A DNA stretch of 64,000 nucleotides, from assembly GCA_028534125.1 (NCBI GenBank), contig CM052816.1, forward strand, positions 73,534,001 through 73,598,000, read 5' to 3'. Numbering within the stretch: position 1 is the stretch's first letter; each line of letters begins with the position of its first letter. Below are positions 26,451 through 38,025 of the stretch, one piece after another. The DNA is from Lama glama (lineage: Eukaryota). The position numbers and the translations under genes are program-made. The notes under the pieces are model-generated. The model searched no databases, had not been told where the DNA came from, and saw only the letters and a list, made by a program, of their open reading frames with translations.

Positions 26451-28898
26451 TTGCTAAGACTGAGCTTTTTCTTAAGCCTTAAATGATCTAAACTCTGAAA
26501 TACATGACACTGGGTCTTCTTATTTAGTGATTTTAGTTGCTCTTGAGGCTTTAAAATCTGTGTTTTAAATTAGGCTGATCAGAAGTTTTGTTTGGACGTA
26601 GAATATTTCTCAAAATAATCTCTGATGATTCATTTTTTGGTGGGGGAGGGGAATATGACAATTGTGTGCTTACCAAAGCTGTCTTAACCTAATAAATCTA
26701 ATTTAGGGAGTGGGTTGGCTTTGGCTAGTGTATAACACATTTCTAGTATTTTTTTTGCTTCGTCTGTAGATTTTTTCTAGCGACAATAAGATTGCAGTGA
26801 TAAGAAAATGTCCTTATTTTCGCGCGATCGCTGCTTAGACCAACCATTCTACATAGAATGGCAGACGTTTCTTCCCTCCAAAGCTCAGTGAGGAGACACC
26901 AGACCCATAAGGATTCCCTCAGGCTTTTTCCCCAAATGTAAAATGCAGGAGATATAGTAAGAGTAGAGCCAAAGTGGGATGTGGCTTCATGCCCAGGCAA
27001 GACACCAGGACTTCTAACATTATACAATTTTTTGAAGAATTTATTTACTGAAGGAAAAGGGGGGGAAAAGGAAAAAAACAAAACAAAACAATAAATAGCT
27101 TTATAAAACTTCATAAACTAATATATTTTCTGACACAGAAATAAGTTTACTTTTCAAAAAGAAATATTTTCTGTATTTACTCTGAGCCTTATTATGGCCT
27201 TATTAGCTACCAGTTCAAATGAATTGTGCTGGGCTTTTCCTTGAGTATCTTCAGCCTGCCTTTTTAAACTCTTCAGTTTTATGCTATTTCCCACCACTTA
27301 GTCCATTGTAAAATAGGATCCAATGTCAATTATGTTGGGTCACAGTGAATCACTCAAACATGCAAGTATTTCCAGTGATCTTTTCCTAGGATTACTGGTT
27401 GTTAGAAGTAGAGCGAGGGTTCCTATCTCCATGGACACACAAACTTTTCTAGGTCTTTATTTCATGTAAAATTAGGCTTACAATTTTTTTCTCATTTTGC
27501 AAATTAGTTAAATTTATATCAGCACTTACTATGGACAATTCTCAAGAATTCCAAATAAATGTTTATCCTCAGAGACATGTAATTTATGTCTCATTGTGAA
27601 TCTATCCTAAATCACAGAAGATAATGTCTGAAAACACAGCGCTGTTAAAATACTAATAATTATTTCCTAACACAATTCAATAAGGTTAAAAGAACAACAA
27701 AAAAACTCTGCTGATGCGGAAAAAACTGAGAAAGAAAATGTTTACTGTATCTATTGCTCTTGCACAGTGTCATGAAAAGACACATTAGTCGACCATCTGC
27801 AAATATTTACTGACTAATGATCAATGTGCAAGACCCAGAGTCACATTTCATTTGCAATAAAAATACAATAATGAGATTAATCTTTAAAACACTTTAAACT
27901 TTATTTATAACTAGAGAATATTGTCCCTAGATTGTGTTGTTAGTTTCTGATACTTTCAATGTTAAGTCAATGACAGTGGCTAAATTATAGTATTGGCCAA
28001 TTAAAATATAGCCTTAAATTGAGAATCATTTTAGAGTTTGCCCCTATACTCATCAATAAGGCCAAGCTAGTCATTGAATTTAGCCTATGACTTGAAGTAT
28101 CAGGTGAGAAAGCAAAACTTCATTTTGGACTGTAACAAATTAGCAAAGATGTATCTTCTTATATAGGGATGTTTTCTGCCTGCAATTTTAAATGAATGTC
28201 AAGGATACCTGAAAGAACTGTGGCTGATAGAGAAACTAAATAGCTCCACTGCATTATGCTGAAAAGGCTTCCAGAGTCTCCAATAGTACAACATGGATCA
28301 GCTCTAGATCAGTGATTTGCTCATTTTGGTACCTCCTTTTAAAGATGCTGATGTTATTTTAGAGCAGGTATATGCCTTTGATATTGGGTAGAGGGTGGGA
28401 GATCAAATGAGTCTCAGCTGAGCTGTAGTAATTTCTTGGTCATCAGCATAACTTTACGGGAGCCATACAGTAACTTAATTCTTATAGTGTCAACATAACT
28501 AGCCCTACAAGAATGCCTATAAAATACTTTAGGAGTAGTTGAAGGTACTTAAGTTTCACCAACATTTCCACATGCTTTTGAGAAGAAAATAAAGATTCTG
28601 ATAATAAACTTACTGCATGTGTTCAAAAAGACTATAGACAACAATACACTATATTTGTACACAATTTCCAAATCCATATTATCAGTTATGCAGATGTTGA
28701 ATCCCATCCCTATCCCTATCAAAATTAAGCAAAAGAAAATCCCAGTACGTGTTTCCACGTTTTTAAACAATTTTTCTTTGAGGTTAAGTTGCTACCATTA
28801 TTTGCGTCTATTCCTGTTTTTGGTTCTCTGCATGTGTTTCTGTCAATGCTTTTTTAATATCAAAGGTCTGCTCTGTCTCTGAATTGTAGTGTATAGAA

Positions 28899-29061
28899 CA
28901 GTGTGTGGTCCTTAGACCAGCAGAACCAGACCTGCCTGGAAATCGCTAGAAATTCAAATTATCTGGCCACACCAAGATCCACTGAATTAAAAATCCCAGC
29001 AGTCTATGTTTAAATAAGCCTTCCAGATAATTCAATGTGTGCTGAAGTTTGAGAACCACTG
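28899..29061 (+). mobile_element. MER5A hAT-Charlie element with residual 8-bp TSD
   Basis: CAGTG..TGTGGTCC..GACCAGCAG...TAGAAATTCAAATT...AAGTTTGAGAACCACTG, flanked by GTATAGAA (28891-28898) and GTGTAGAA (29062-29069). Confidence 0.85.
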
Positions 29062-29145
29062 GTGTAGAACGTTGGTTAACTTGCCACCATTCTGACTTAG
29101 CAGACAGTAAACATCTATTCAATATCCACTCTCTGTGACTCCATG

Positions 29146-29240
29146 CAATCCTATGAGCTGTAGCCCCAATTTACAAATGAGGAAACCAACACTCATCCAA
29201 GGTCACACAGCCAGTTAAGTAACAGAGTTGAGATGTTAAG
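29146..29240 (-). mobile_element. MIR SINE core
   Basis: TTTACAAATGAGGAAAC...CCAAGGTCACACAGCCAGT. Confidence 0.75.
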
Positions 29241-29387
29241 ACAAGTTCTTCTGCTTTTTTAGAGCTTCTACTTATTTCCGTCTCATTTACACCTGAGCTC
29301 CTCCTCCATTAATTTTATCACCTGAAATGCAACTGCTGTTTCCTTTAAAAACTGTGTGTGTGTTTGTGTGTATGGTTATTAGTTGCC

Positions 29388-29391
<4 letters not shown>

Positions 29392-29439
<48 letters not shown>

Positions 29440-29442
29440 CGC
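29392..29442. repeat. (TG)20(CG)5 compound microsatellite
   Basis: Read directly. Confidence 0.97.
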
Positions 29443-29929
29443 ATATGGCTGAGTGAGAGAGACAGAGAGGTGGATACACAGAAATGAGATGGGAAAATAA
29501 GTAGCTAATACAAAAAATAAAATTAACATCACAAATATTGCTGATGTTCCAGTTACTATTAATATACAGCAATTACTTGGGTACATTTTCACATTCTTTC
29601 AAAACAGTTAAGTTAGCATCTAGATGCACTTTTTGAAATTGCAAATAAGCAATCCCAAACGGGTCTAAAGCACTTGAACCTTTGAGCTTAAGATACTAAC
29701 ATAGTTCTGTTACCCCTCAGCTAGTGCTTTCCCCCCCAGTCTTCAAAAACCCATGCTTTCTTCCCTTTAATTCTTACCACCTGTGAACTATTTTACTGGG
29801 CACATGCTACTCTTGACTTTGGTGACAGCTTTCTACTCTATAACTTCCGTGAGATTTTTTTTTAAAATCTTACATAACTGTCAAACAAACCAACTAACAA
29901 ACAAATCAATTTAAAAACAAAAAAGCCAG

Positions 29930-30300
29930 CACCAGATGCTAAAGGTGACAAGACAGACTTTATTTAGACTACTGCAGTAAGGGAAAGAGGCTAGAGTATT
30001 AACTGAGCTCAACTCCAACTAAGACAAAGGCGGCAGACTTTTAAGGGAGAACAGACAGGGAAGAAAGAGGGATTCTGGGGAGGTGATAAAGAGACTAGAG
30101 GCTACGTGGAAATGGACAATTGCAGAAGGGAGTATACGGAGAATTACTGAAACTGCTCTGGCAAGGTGGGCTGGGACCATGTACAATTCACTGTTTGACA
30201 GCGTTGCATTTTCTTAAGCTTGGCAGCTAGAGTCACCTTTAGGGACATAGCTTAGTGTAGGTGGAAGCCAGGCTAAAGTCTGATCAAGTCTCTTACCAAA
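29930..30300 (-). mobile_element. Probable ERV1 solo LTR (MER31/MER67-like)
   Basis: CAGACTTTATTTAGACTACTGCAGTAAGGGAAAGAG..AGTATTAACTGAGCTCAACTCC resembles recalled LTR consensus; AATAAA on the minus strand. Confidence 0.5.
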
Positions 30301-30467
30301 GTGTTAGGAAGGTCCTTTGTGTTGTGTGGGAATTCAGCAGGTCACATAATGTGTTAAGGATTCACTTAATTTAGCCCTGTTGCACATTCAGAAAGATGAA
30401 CATGTTATTTGAAATATTTCTATTATTATGATAAAAACCATCTAGCTGTTGAAACCCTCTATGTATT

Positions 30468-30533
30468 TTTCTCTGGACATGATCATATAGATCTAGAAGC
30501 TTTCTCTGGACATGATCATATAGATCTAGAAGC
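30468..30533. repeat. Perfect 33-bp tandem duplication
   Basis: TTTCTCTGGACATGATCATATAGATCTAGAAGC at 30468-30500 and 30501-30533. Confidence 0.97.
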
Positions 30534-30743
30534 TGTTGGACTTCCTAGATATAAAGTAGCATTTTACTATCAGGAACCATAAGAGAAACCAAGTTTTCAA
30601 CAAATTCAATGGTGTAAATGAACTATCAGCTGAAGTAATAATTACTGTATAATTTTTTCAACACTAGTGTTTATAAACAAAAATTATGTCCCATTAAGTT
30701 ATTTGTAAATTATCTATTATAATTTTTACAACAAAAGAAAAAT

Positions 30744-30805
30744 TACATTTGTTTCATCATAGACATAAAATTAGGGATGTTTATGTCTATGATGAAACAA
30801 ATGTA
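30744..30805. repeat. Perfect 26-bp inverted repeat with 10-nt spacer
   Basis: TACATTTGTTTCATCATAGACATAAA (30744-30769) and its exact reverse complement (30780-30805). Confidence 0.97.
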
Positions 30806-32269
30806 GTTTGTTCTAGACATTAAATTGTATATTTTTATGTTTCCCTCAGAATTTTAACATCACATTTGTATAGATATCCACTCTTTAGAATATGACTGAG
30901 AGCCTATCAAAAAGAAATGCTAGGGTCTCTACACAAAGCATCATACCCTGTGCTCAGAAAAGAACATCACCAAACCTCACTCATACTTTTGACTGAATTC
31001 TAACAAGATTACATATTCATTTAGCAGCTTACTTTAACGTAGACAATGCTAAGAGCATCCTACTTTCAGAGCAAAGTCATCAATGCTGATGCTGATGGCT
31101 CTCAGTCATAAAGAAAAACAAAATTATAATTAGTAATCTCCATATATAAACATGGAAATGAGTGAACTTGAAGCTTTGAGGTCCAAGTTATTTTTTTAAA
31201 TAAATAAAGTCTGAGAGCTTTAAAACTTTAGTTACCTAGAAAATGAGTCTATGTGGAAGTAAATTCCTTTCTGTTGACTAAACGGCATGCTTCTCTAAAA
31301 TGCTTTTGAAATCTAATAATCAAGTATTTGCTAGAATATAGAGAATAGTATTTAAAATAAATAAAATAACCTTTACTATTGCTTTTGTTATAATTTACCT
31401 ACAAGTAATAATGAACATTTATATTTTATAATTCACTGACTTTTCATTTGAAGCATATAGTATTTTGGCATTTCCTTTAACTTTTATTTTCATTTTATTT
31501 GCATGTGGAATTACTAATTCATCTCAAGGTTTTACAAATATGACTACTGTCAAAAGAAAAAAATGTATTTAATGAATACCCAGTTTTTCTTTATTCAGCC
31601 AGTCATTGGACTGACCACTTACTGATTCATTTGTTCATTCAATAAGTAAATATTGAGCACATATTATGAACTATGCACTGTTCTAATAATTTTTAAAAAA
31701 GACCACTATGACTATTATGGTTCTTTGAGGAAAATACACAAGTAAGTAGACAGACCCACAGTGATTCTGAACTGAATACTGTATTTGGAGCTACTTAACC
31801 CCACACTATTGGGTATGGTCACATAATCTCTGAGGCATAGAGTGTACATAGGTCTGTAGGTCTTTCTATATTAGGATATAATAGTTCTATTTGGAGGCAC
31901 TGAACAATTCATGGGAAAGAAAGATTTAGTTTGGAGAGGGTAGAATTTGTGCATCACATTATACTAATTATGGTATGTTTCAGTACACTGACTAAAACTA
32001 TCAAACTATATAGCATCATAATCTATTTTGAGTTAAAATGTTTAGAAAAAATAAAATGTAACTAATTCACCAGGCTCTAACATTTTTTGAGTAGCATCCA
32101 AGTTTCATGATAATTTTTTTGAAAAATACATTCTTGCCCGGGAGAACACCACTGCTACTCAATGAAGCAGAATCCTTACTTTTACCAAGTGTCCCCCACA
32201 GAGTGCAGTTGGTAGAGAGACACACACTGAGCTCTCACCCCTCCTCTGTGCCTTTCTTTACTCACTCAC

Positions 32270-32575
32270 TTTTCTCCACCTAAAACGTTCCCCTCAACTT
32301 CTCAAATTCCCACCGATTAAAATCCTACCTCTGAAAGGTTCACCTCAAATACCAACCATGTTCTTCAGGACGACTTCTTTACTATTGAAACATATGGCAA
32401 CATATTTTATCTCTAATATAGTGCTTAATATATTTTCTTTGTATTGCAAGTCCATAAATTATTCCTATCCTTTTCCTTCCCAGTTTTAGAATTCCTTGAG
32501 GGTAAAGGCTGTGTCTTGTTTGTTTTTGCATCCTTCATAGAGAGAGCTTCCACATGCCCTGGTGCTTAATATGTG
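32270..32575 (+). mobile_element. L2 3' fragment
   Basis: TTCCTTGAGGGTAAAGGCTGTGTCTTGTTTGTTTTTGCATCC...GGTGCTTAATA. Confidence 0.55.
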
Positions 32576-34429
32576 CCAGCAGCATTAATTTACTCAAATA
32601 CTCTCAAGGACTTATTTACATATTCATGTTCTGTTTATCTAGGAAAGGATAATAGGATTTTGCATTTATTTATTTTTTACATCTATCTTCTCCCTATATC
32701 ATTTTATTAAATGATTTTTAATTTCTTCCTCCTATTATGTCTATGAAAAAATATTTAAGAAGAAAGTGGCAATAGCTTTTTTATTATAATAACCAAAAAA
32801 GAGTAGTCTTGGTCTAATATAATGTCTAGGGAGAAAATAGGTCTGATTCTTCTCTTCTAGAGAAGGATAAGAGGCATAAACTGGGAGACATACTTAATGG
32901 CCACAGCCTCAGACTGACAACTCAATGACTCATCAAAACATGCTTGTCCTACAAGTTAAAAGAAAAACTAATTTACATAAAAATTGTGACATCTGGGTTA
33001 TTTCCAGTTAGAGTTCATTAGTTTGCAAAAATCCTCCCCATTACTATGGTGATGCTGCGTCATTAGGTAGAACTTGCCAGTTCATAAGAGCTGAATTTGT
33101 CACAATTACTTCCGTAATGTTGATGGTCAAACTTTATTATTTAAGGTTTCAAATATAATTCAAAATAAACATCATATATTGCTATTTACTTAGAGGAATT
33201 TGCTTAAAATTGGCTTTTTCTATTATGTTCTTTAAAAAGTCATTATTTTAGATAAAATACTTTCTAATTGCCAAAACCCTTAGTGTCTGTGCAAGACGGT
33301 TCATAACTTGAGTCTGACTTAACTCCCCAGTCTTATTTCTCACAACTTGCTGCCTTGTTTCACTTTCCTCTGGGAGGTTGTCCTTCAGTTGGTATTCCAT
33401 TTTGCATCAGAGTATACACATACAGAACTCTAAGTTATTAATTCAACAACTGTCAAACTTTTGGAGCCTCTCTCCAAAAATACTTTTATAGGCAAACTTT
33501 ATCATCTTCACCAGAGAACAGAAAACACTGGAGAGATTCTTTATGAAAAATAGACAAGTGTTCCTCTGAAAGTCACTCACATACTCACAGATATTTATAA
33601 TAAAGGCAAGTTATTGTTCATTACCCAGGAAATTATCCAGTTATGACTTACTGACATATGGTATATCTAAAAGTTTATTTTCAGACTTCAAAAGGACCTT
33701 AAATCATCTAGGTCTTCCTCTGTCTATTTTGAAGCACACTGAACCATTTCAAGGTAGTCTTAACTGGATGCAGAGAAGGAAAAATGGTTAATTGATTGAT
33801 GAATATCGAGTTCCAATTTTGTGCAAAGCAGAAAGAAACCCAAGGGTATCCAAGCTAAACGTGATCTACTTTGTGCAATACCCTCTCAGAAATAATGAGT
33901 CAGGGATTTGGTAATATTTGTGGTATCAGAACATTTTTGCTTTTGCCAACTCAGTCTGGACTATACCTTAATCCAACTACTTCTTGTTCATCTTCAAAAA
34001 CTTTTATTCTTTGCTGAAATCAAACTTTCTTCTCTTTTAATTTTAACAATTTCCAGTTACAAAAGCATATATAGGGAACACCTTATAATTTACTGATAGT
34101 ACTTACTTGCCTCTTTGGCAGGCAATGCATACGGGAGCCTAAATATTTTGCCCCAGATTCCTATCACCTGCCTTGCTCTATGTCCTCCACTTGTGATATA
34201 AATAAGTATATTAAAGTATATTAGATTTCCTTCTCTGAAACTCAGACATCATCCTCTATGGCACGTCAACATCCTTGGGAGGAAAAGCACATTAGGTTGT
34301 TAAAGATTATTATCCTGATGAGTCATTCTGTCAGTTGGTTTTCCAGCAAGATCCTCTTGTGAAAATAGGAAGGAAGGGGGAGATATGATGGAGAGGAAAA
34401 ATAGTCAGAAATGGAGAGCCAAAGAGTCT

Positions 34430-34600
34430 GAAAGTGAAAGGCTTAGGTGTTGGGTCCATCATTACTGACCTATGATAACTTTATCACCTTGTGTGAGTTA
34501 TAAAACCTCAGTATCCTCCACTTTTTCATCTGTAATTGAGAATAGTCACACCTCCTTTGAGGATTGTTGTGAGAATTAAAGAAATAAACTACAAGAAAGT
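34430..34600 (+). mobile_element. MIR SINE
   Basis: CACTTTTTCATCTGTAA...GAGGATTGTTGTGAGAATTAAAGAAATAA. Confidence 0.65.
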
Positions 34601-35184
34601 ACTTTTTTAAATGTGTAAATAGTGTGTCTGTGTTTGTACCTTGAGGGCAACTGCCAGCATAAGGGAAAAGCATGTTAAAAATACAGATACTGTCTCCCTC
34701 ACTCTTCACAAACTTTCCTCCTTTGAGCTTGCCACAGGAGGTCTGTCTCACTCCATTAAAGAGGAGGTGTGCTGTATTAGGTCAGAAGATACAGGATACA
34801 AGAACAGAATGGTCCACAGCATGTAGTTCTGGTACAAGTCTTTCTGGTGATGTCAGCTTTGCACTGGGGGCACTCAGGCACTTCTATTGGCCTCCACATG
34901 GCTTGTCAACTAGTGAAGGAAGGAAAGAAGGTGTCTGTGTCTTAAGAACAAGACACTCTTTCCCTCAGGGAAGAGTATAAACACACAATTTGTTGACCAT
35001 ATTTAGGACGGTGATCTTATGATAGGTAATACATGATGAATGATAAATTATACCAACTTTCAGATTGTATGGGCTAAACCAGTGAGAATTTGCATGTTCT
35101 GTTTAGGATTTACATAGCTTGTTGAAGAAGAAGCTTCAAACTAGAACTGTTGGAGGAATACTTTCCTCTAATAGTAATTAAGGA

Positions 35185-35385
35185 GGCACTAAGCTCTAGG
35201 CAAGTTCTAATTATTTTATATGTACCATCTTATTTAATCCTCACAAAACTACGTGGGAAGTACTAATATGCTGCCCACTTTACAAGTGACTTCTCCCGTG
35301 GTCATTCACCAATAAATGCAAAGCCAGGATTCAAATACACACAGTATGGATTCAGAGGCCTTTGATAATCACAATGCTGCCTCTC
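35185..35385 (-). mobile_element. MIR SINE
   Basis: TCTTATTTAATCCTCACAAAAC...CCCACTTTACA...AAAGCCAGGATTCAAATACA...GGATTCAGAG. Confidence 0.7.
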
Positions 35386-36222
35386 TACCCTGAGAACGCT
35401 TTCCCCAGAGTTCTAAAATACGTAGACCTAGTATCTGAGGTCTCCCTAACCTAAACCAGGTAGTCATTTTGAATAGAGAGTTTACCTACCAACTTTTCAG
35501 AGAAAATTATATTTAAATGCACCAACCAAAACTTGTGTATTAGGGGAAGAAGTCTCTTGTCTATCAGTTCCTAAATCCCTTAGAGTTCCATTCTTTCTAG
35601 AAAAAAAAAAATTTAAACTTCTGATGGATTTTCTCCCAATTTAAAGTAGTGATTCTGCTGTTTTAGAGACAATGTGGGTATTGGGATTAGCCCCTCTGTA
35701 TCTCAGAATGCCAACACATTTACCAAAAATATATTTATCAGTTAAATATAGCCAAGAGATTTGGCTTATCTAAGTGTTCCACAAAGAAGAAATAGCTTAC
35801 CACTGTTTTTACAGATTGAAATAAATCTGACATATTATTGACATATGCTACAGATTTAATTTAATACCATAGTACAGATGTGTGCTCTGATAAGTTTTCA
35901 TGAAATCTAGCCTAAGATGAGTAGCATTGTTTCCATACTTACAGGGGTTGAAAATGCAGAGTTAGCAAAGGAAGCATTTTAATTAAAACAATATTTTTCT
36001 TTATATGCTCAGAGTAAAATGCAGTGGAATTCATCTAGAGATCTACTATTTGTTTCCATGTAGTTATTGTGCTTTTAGGCACATTGTAAGAGGTTGGGGT
36101 TCTGTTTTTCCAATTTTAAAAAAACTTTTGATTTTGGAACCATCAAAAATATTAATACTCTCTGCTGATTTTTTTTTCTTTCTGCTAAATTTATGTGACT
36201 CTTTAAGTTTACCCTTTTTTAA

Positions 36223-36513
<291 letters not shown>

Positions 36514-37021
36514 TAATCTCATTTGTTGTTCACCCATTAGTGCACCACACAGGCTGTTGCTGGCATTCCTCAGTCAGTGTTCTGAATGCTAATATTCTGA
36601 ATGTTCTGCGCTAACCAGTCAGACTCTCACGGAAGCATCTGGTCAGATTGTCATGGTTGGGGCAGACAACTTGGAGAAGAACCATTGAAAACAAAGATCT
36701 TTGACTGAGTAGAAAACTGTATACTGTGTGTGTGTTAAAAACAGCTGAAGATGAAACAGGGGCTTGAGTATTGTGTTTTGTTAAAATCTGGAGTAGGGAG
36801 ACATCAAGAAATTAATCATTTTCTGTGCTGTTCAATCAACTCCAGAATTTTATTTACCTAAACAATAATCATTAATTCAGTTATGGAGCTGTTATCCAGC
36901 CAGTGCTTTGCGTATATACATCCCTGTGTTCCACAGCAAGGATTAAGGAATGTCACTTTAAAATGTATAAATAAATGTATTTTGTTGATTGCTGTAAGGA
37001 TGACTGCAGTGCCTGTCTGGA

Positions 37022-37163
37022 GCCAGCAGCTACCACACTTCAGTCTGTGTCAGAATCACTTGGTAGATTTATTAAAAAACACTCCCAGATTTTCTGATTA
37101 AGTCTGTAAAAATCTGCATTTCTAACAAGTTCCCAGGTTTTCCTAACATATAAGAACCATTGG
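37022..37163. mobile_element. MER5A-like element in intron 2
   Basis: GTGTCAGAATCACTTGG...CCCAGATTTTCTGATT...AATCTGCATTTCTAACAAGTTCCCAGG...AGAACCATTG. Confidence 0.75.
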
Positions 37164-37789
37164 AAATTAATTCCGTCATTGACCTGGATATAGAATAGCC
37201 TTGTATTTCATTCATATCAGATCCGCTTATAATTGGGGCGTTAGGCATATTTTGAGTCAGTCCCTCTGGCTAGTGTAAATACTTTTTGGGTCAAGGGGTC
37301 AGAAAAATTTTCAGTAAGTGTTTCTATTATAAGTAGCTCTATTATTGAATCTGGAAGAGTAATGGACAATTTTTAAAAGTGGTTCCATTTGGGGATTCAA
37401 AGCATATCACTTTTGAGGCTTTTTTTTTTTTCTTCAATGAACATGCCCAGATCCCTTCCCTTTTTAATTTGCTATATCAGAATTACTAGTAAGGGGTCCA
37501 GGTGTAAACCCTTTGAAGAGATACTGATACACAGTCAAAACCAATGCTTCAAGTAAAACCAGCTAATAACAAATTTAGATTGAGAAAGAAAAGGCAAAAA
37601 TTTTAATTGCAATAAAAGATTGAAATAATTTTTAATTGATAAAGTATACTTCTTTAAAAAGGTGGCATCAAGTTAAAATGGGCAGTTCTCAAATGAACCT
37701 TGTCATAAAATATTTAATACTTTTCCTTCCATTTCTCTTCTTTTCCCTACTTTCTATCCCAGCACAGCTCAATACGGTGCCAATGCTTC

Positions 37790-38025
37790 TCTTTGAGTGC
37801 CAAGACCTGTGAATTACATCTCTATTCCTAAAGTAGATGCCCAGTTGCTTTCTATCACGTTGTACTATTTTGATGATCTACAATGGCAGTTATCAGATAT
37901 TTCTCTCATTAATGTGCTGTTGACTGCCTTCTCCCAGTAGATGGTGAACTTCAAGAGGACAGGTTTTGCCTTGTCCCACACTATTTCTTCAGCACTTAGA
38001 CCCATACAATAAACAGAGTAGTGCA
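37790..38025 (+). mobile_element. L2 3' fragment
   Basis: CTGCCTTCTCCCAGTAGATGGTGAACTTCAAGAGGACAGG...CAGCACTTAG. Confidence 0.5.

Noticed and set aside
29287..29592. ORFs with HTHTHT repeats (also 24506-24688)
   Set aside because: Translations of (CA)n microsatellites.
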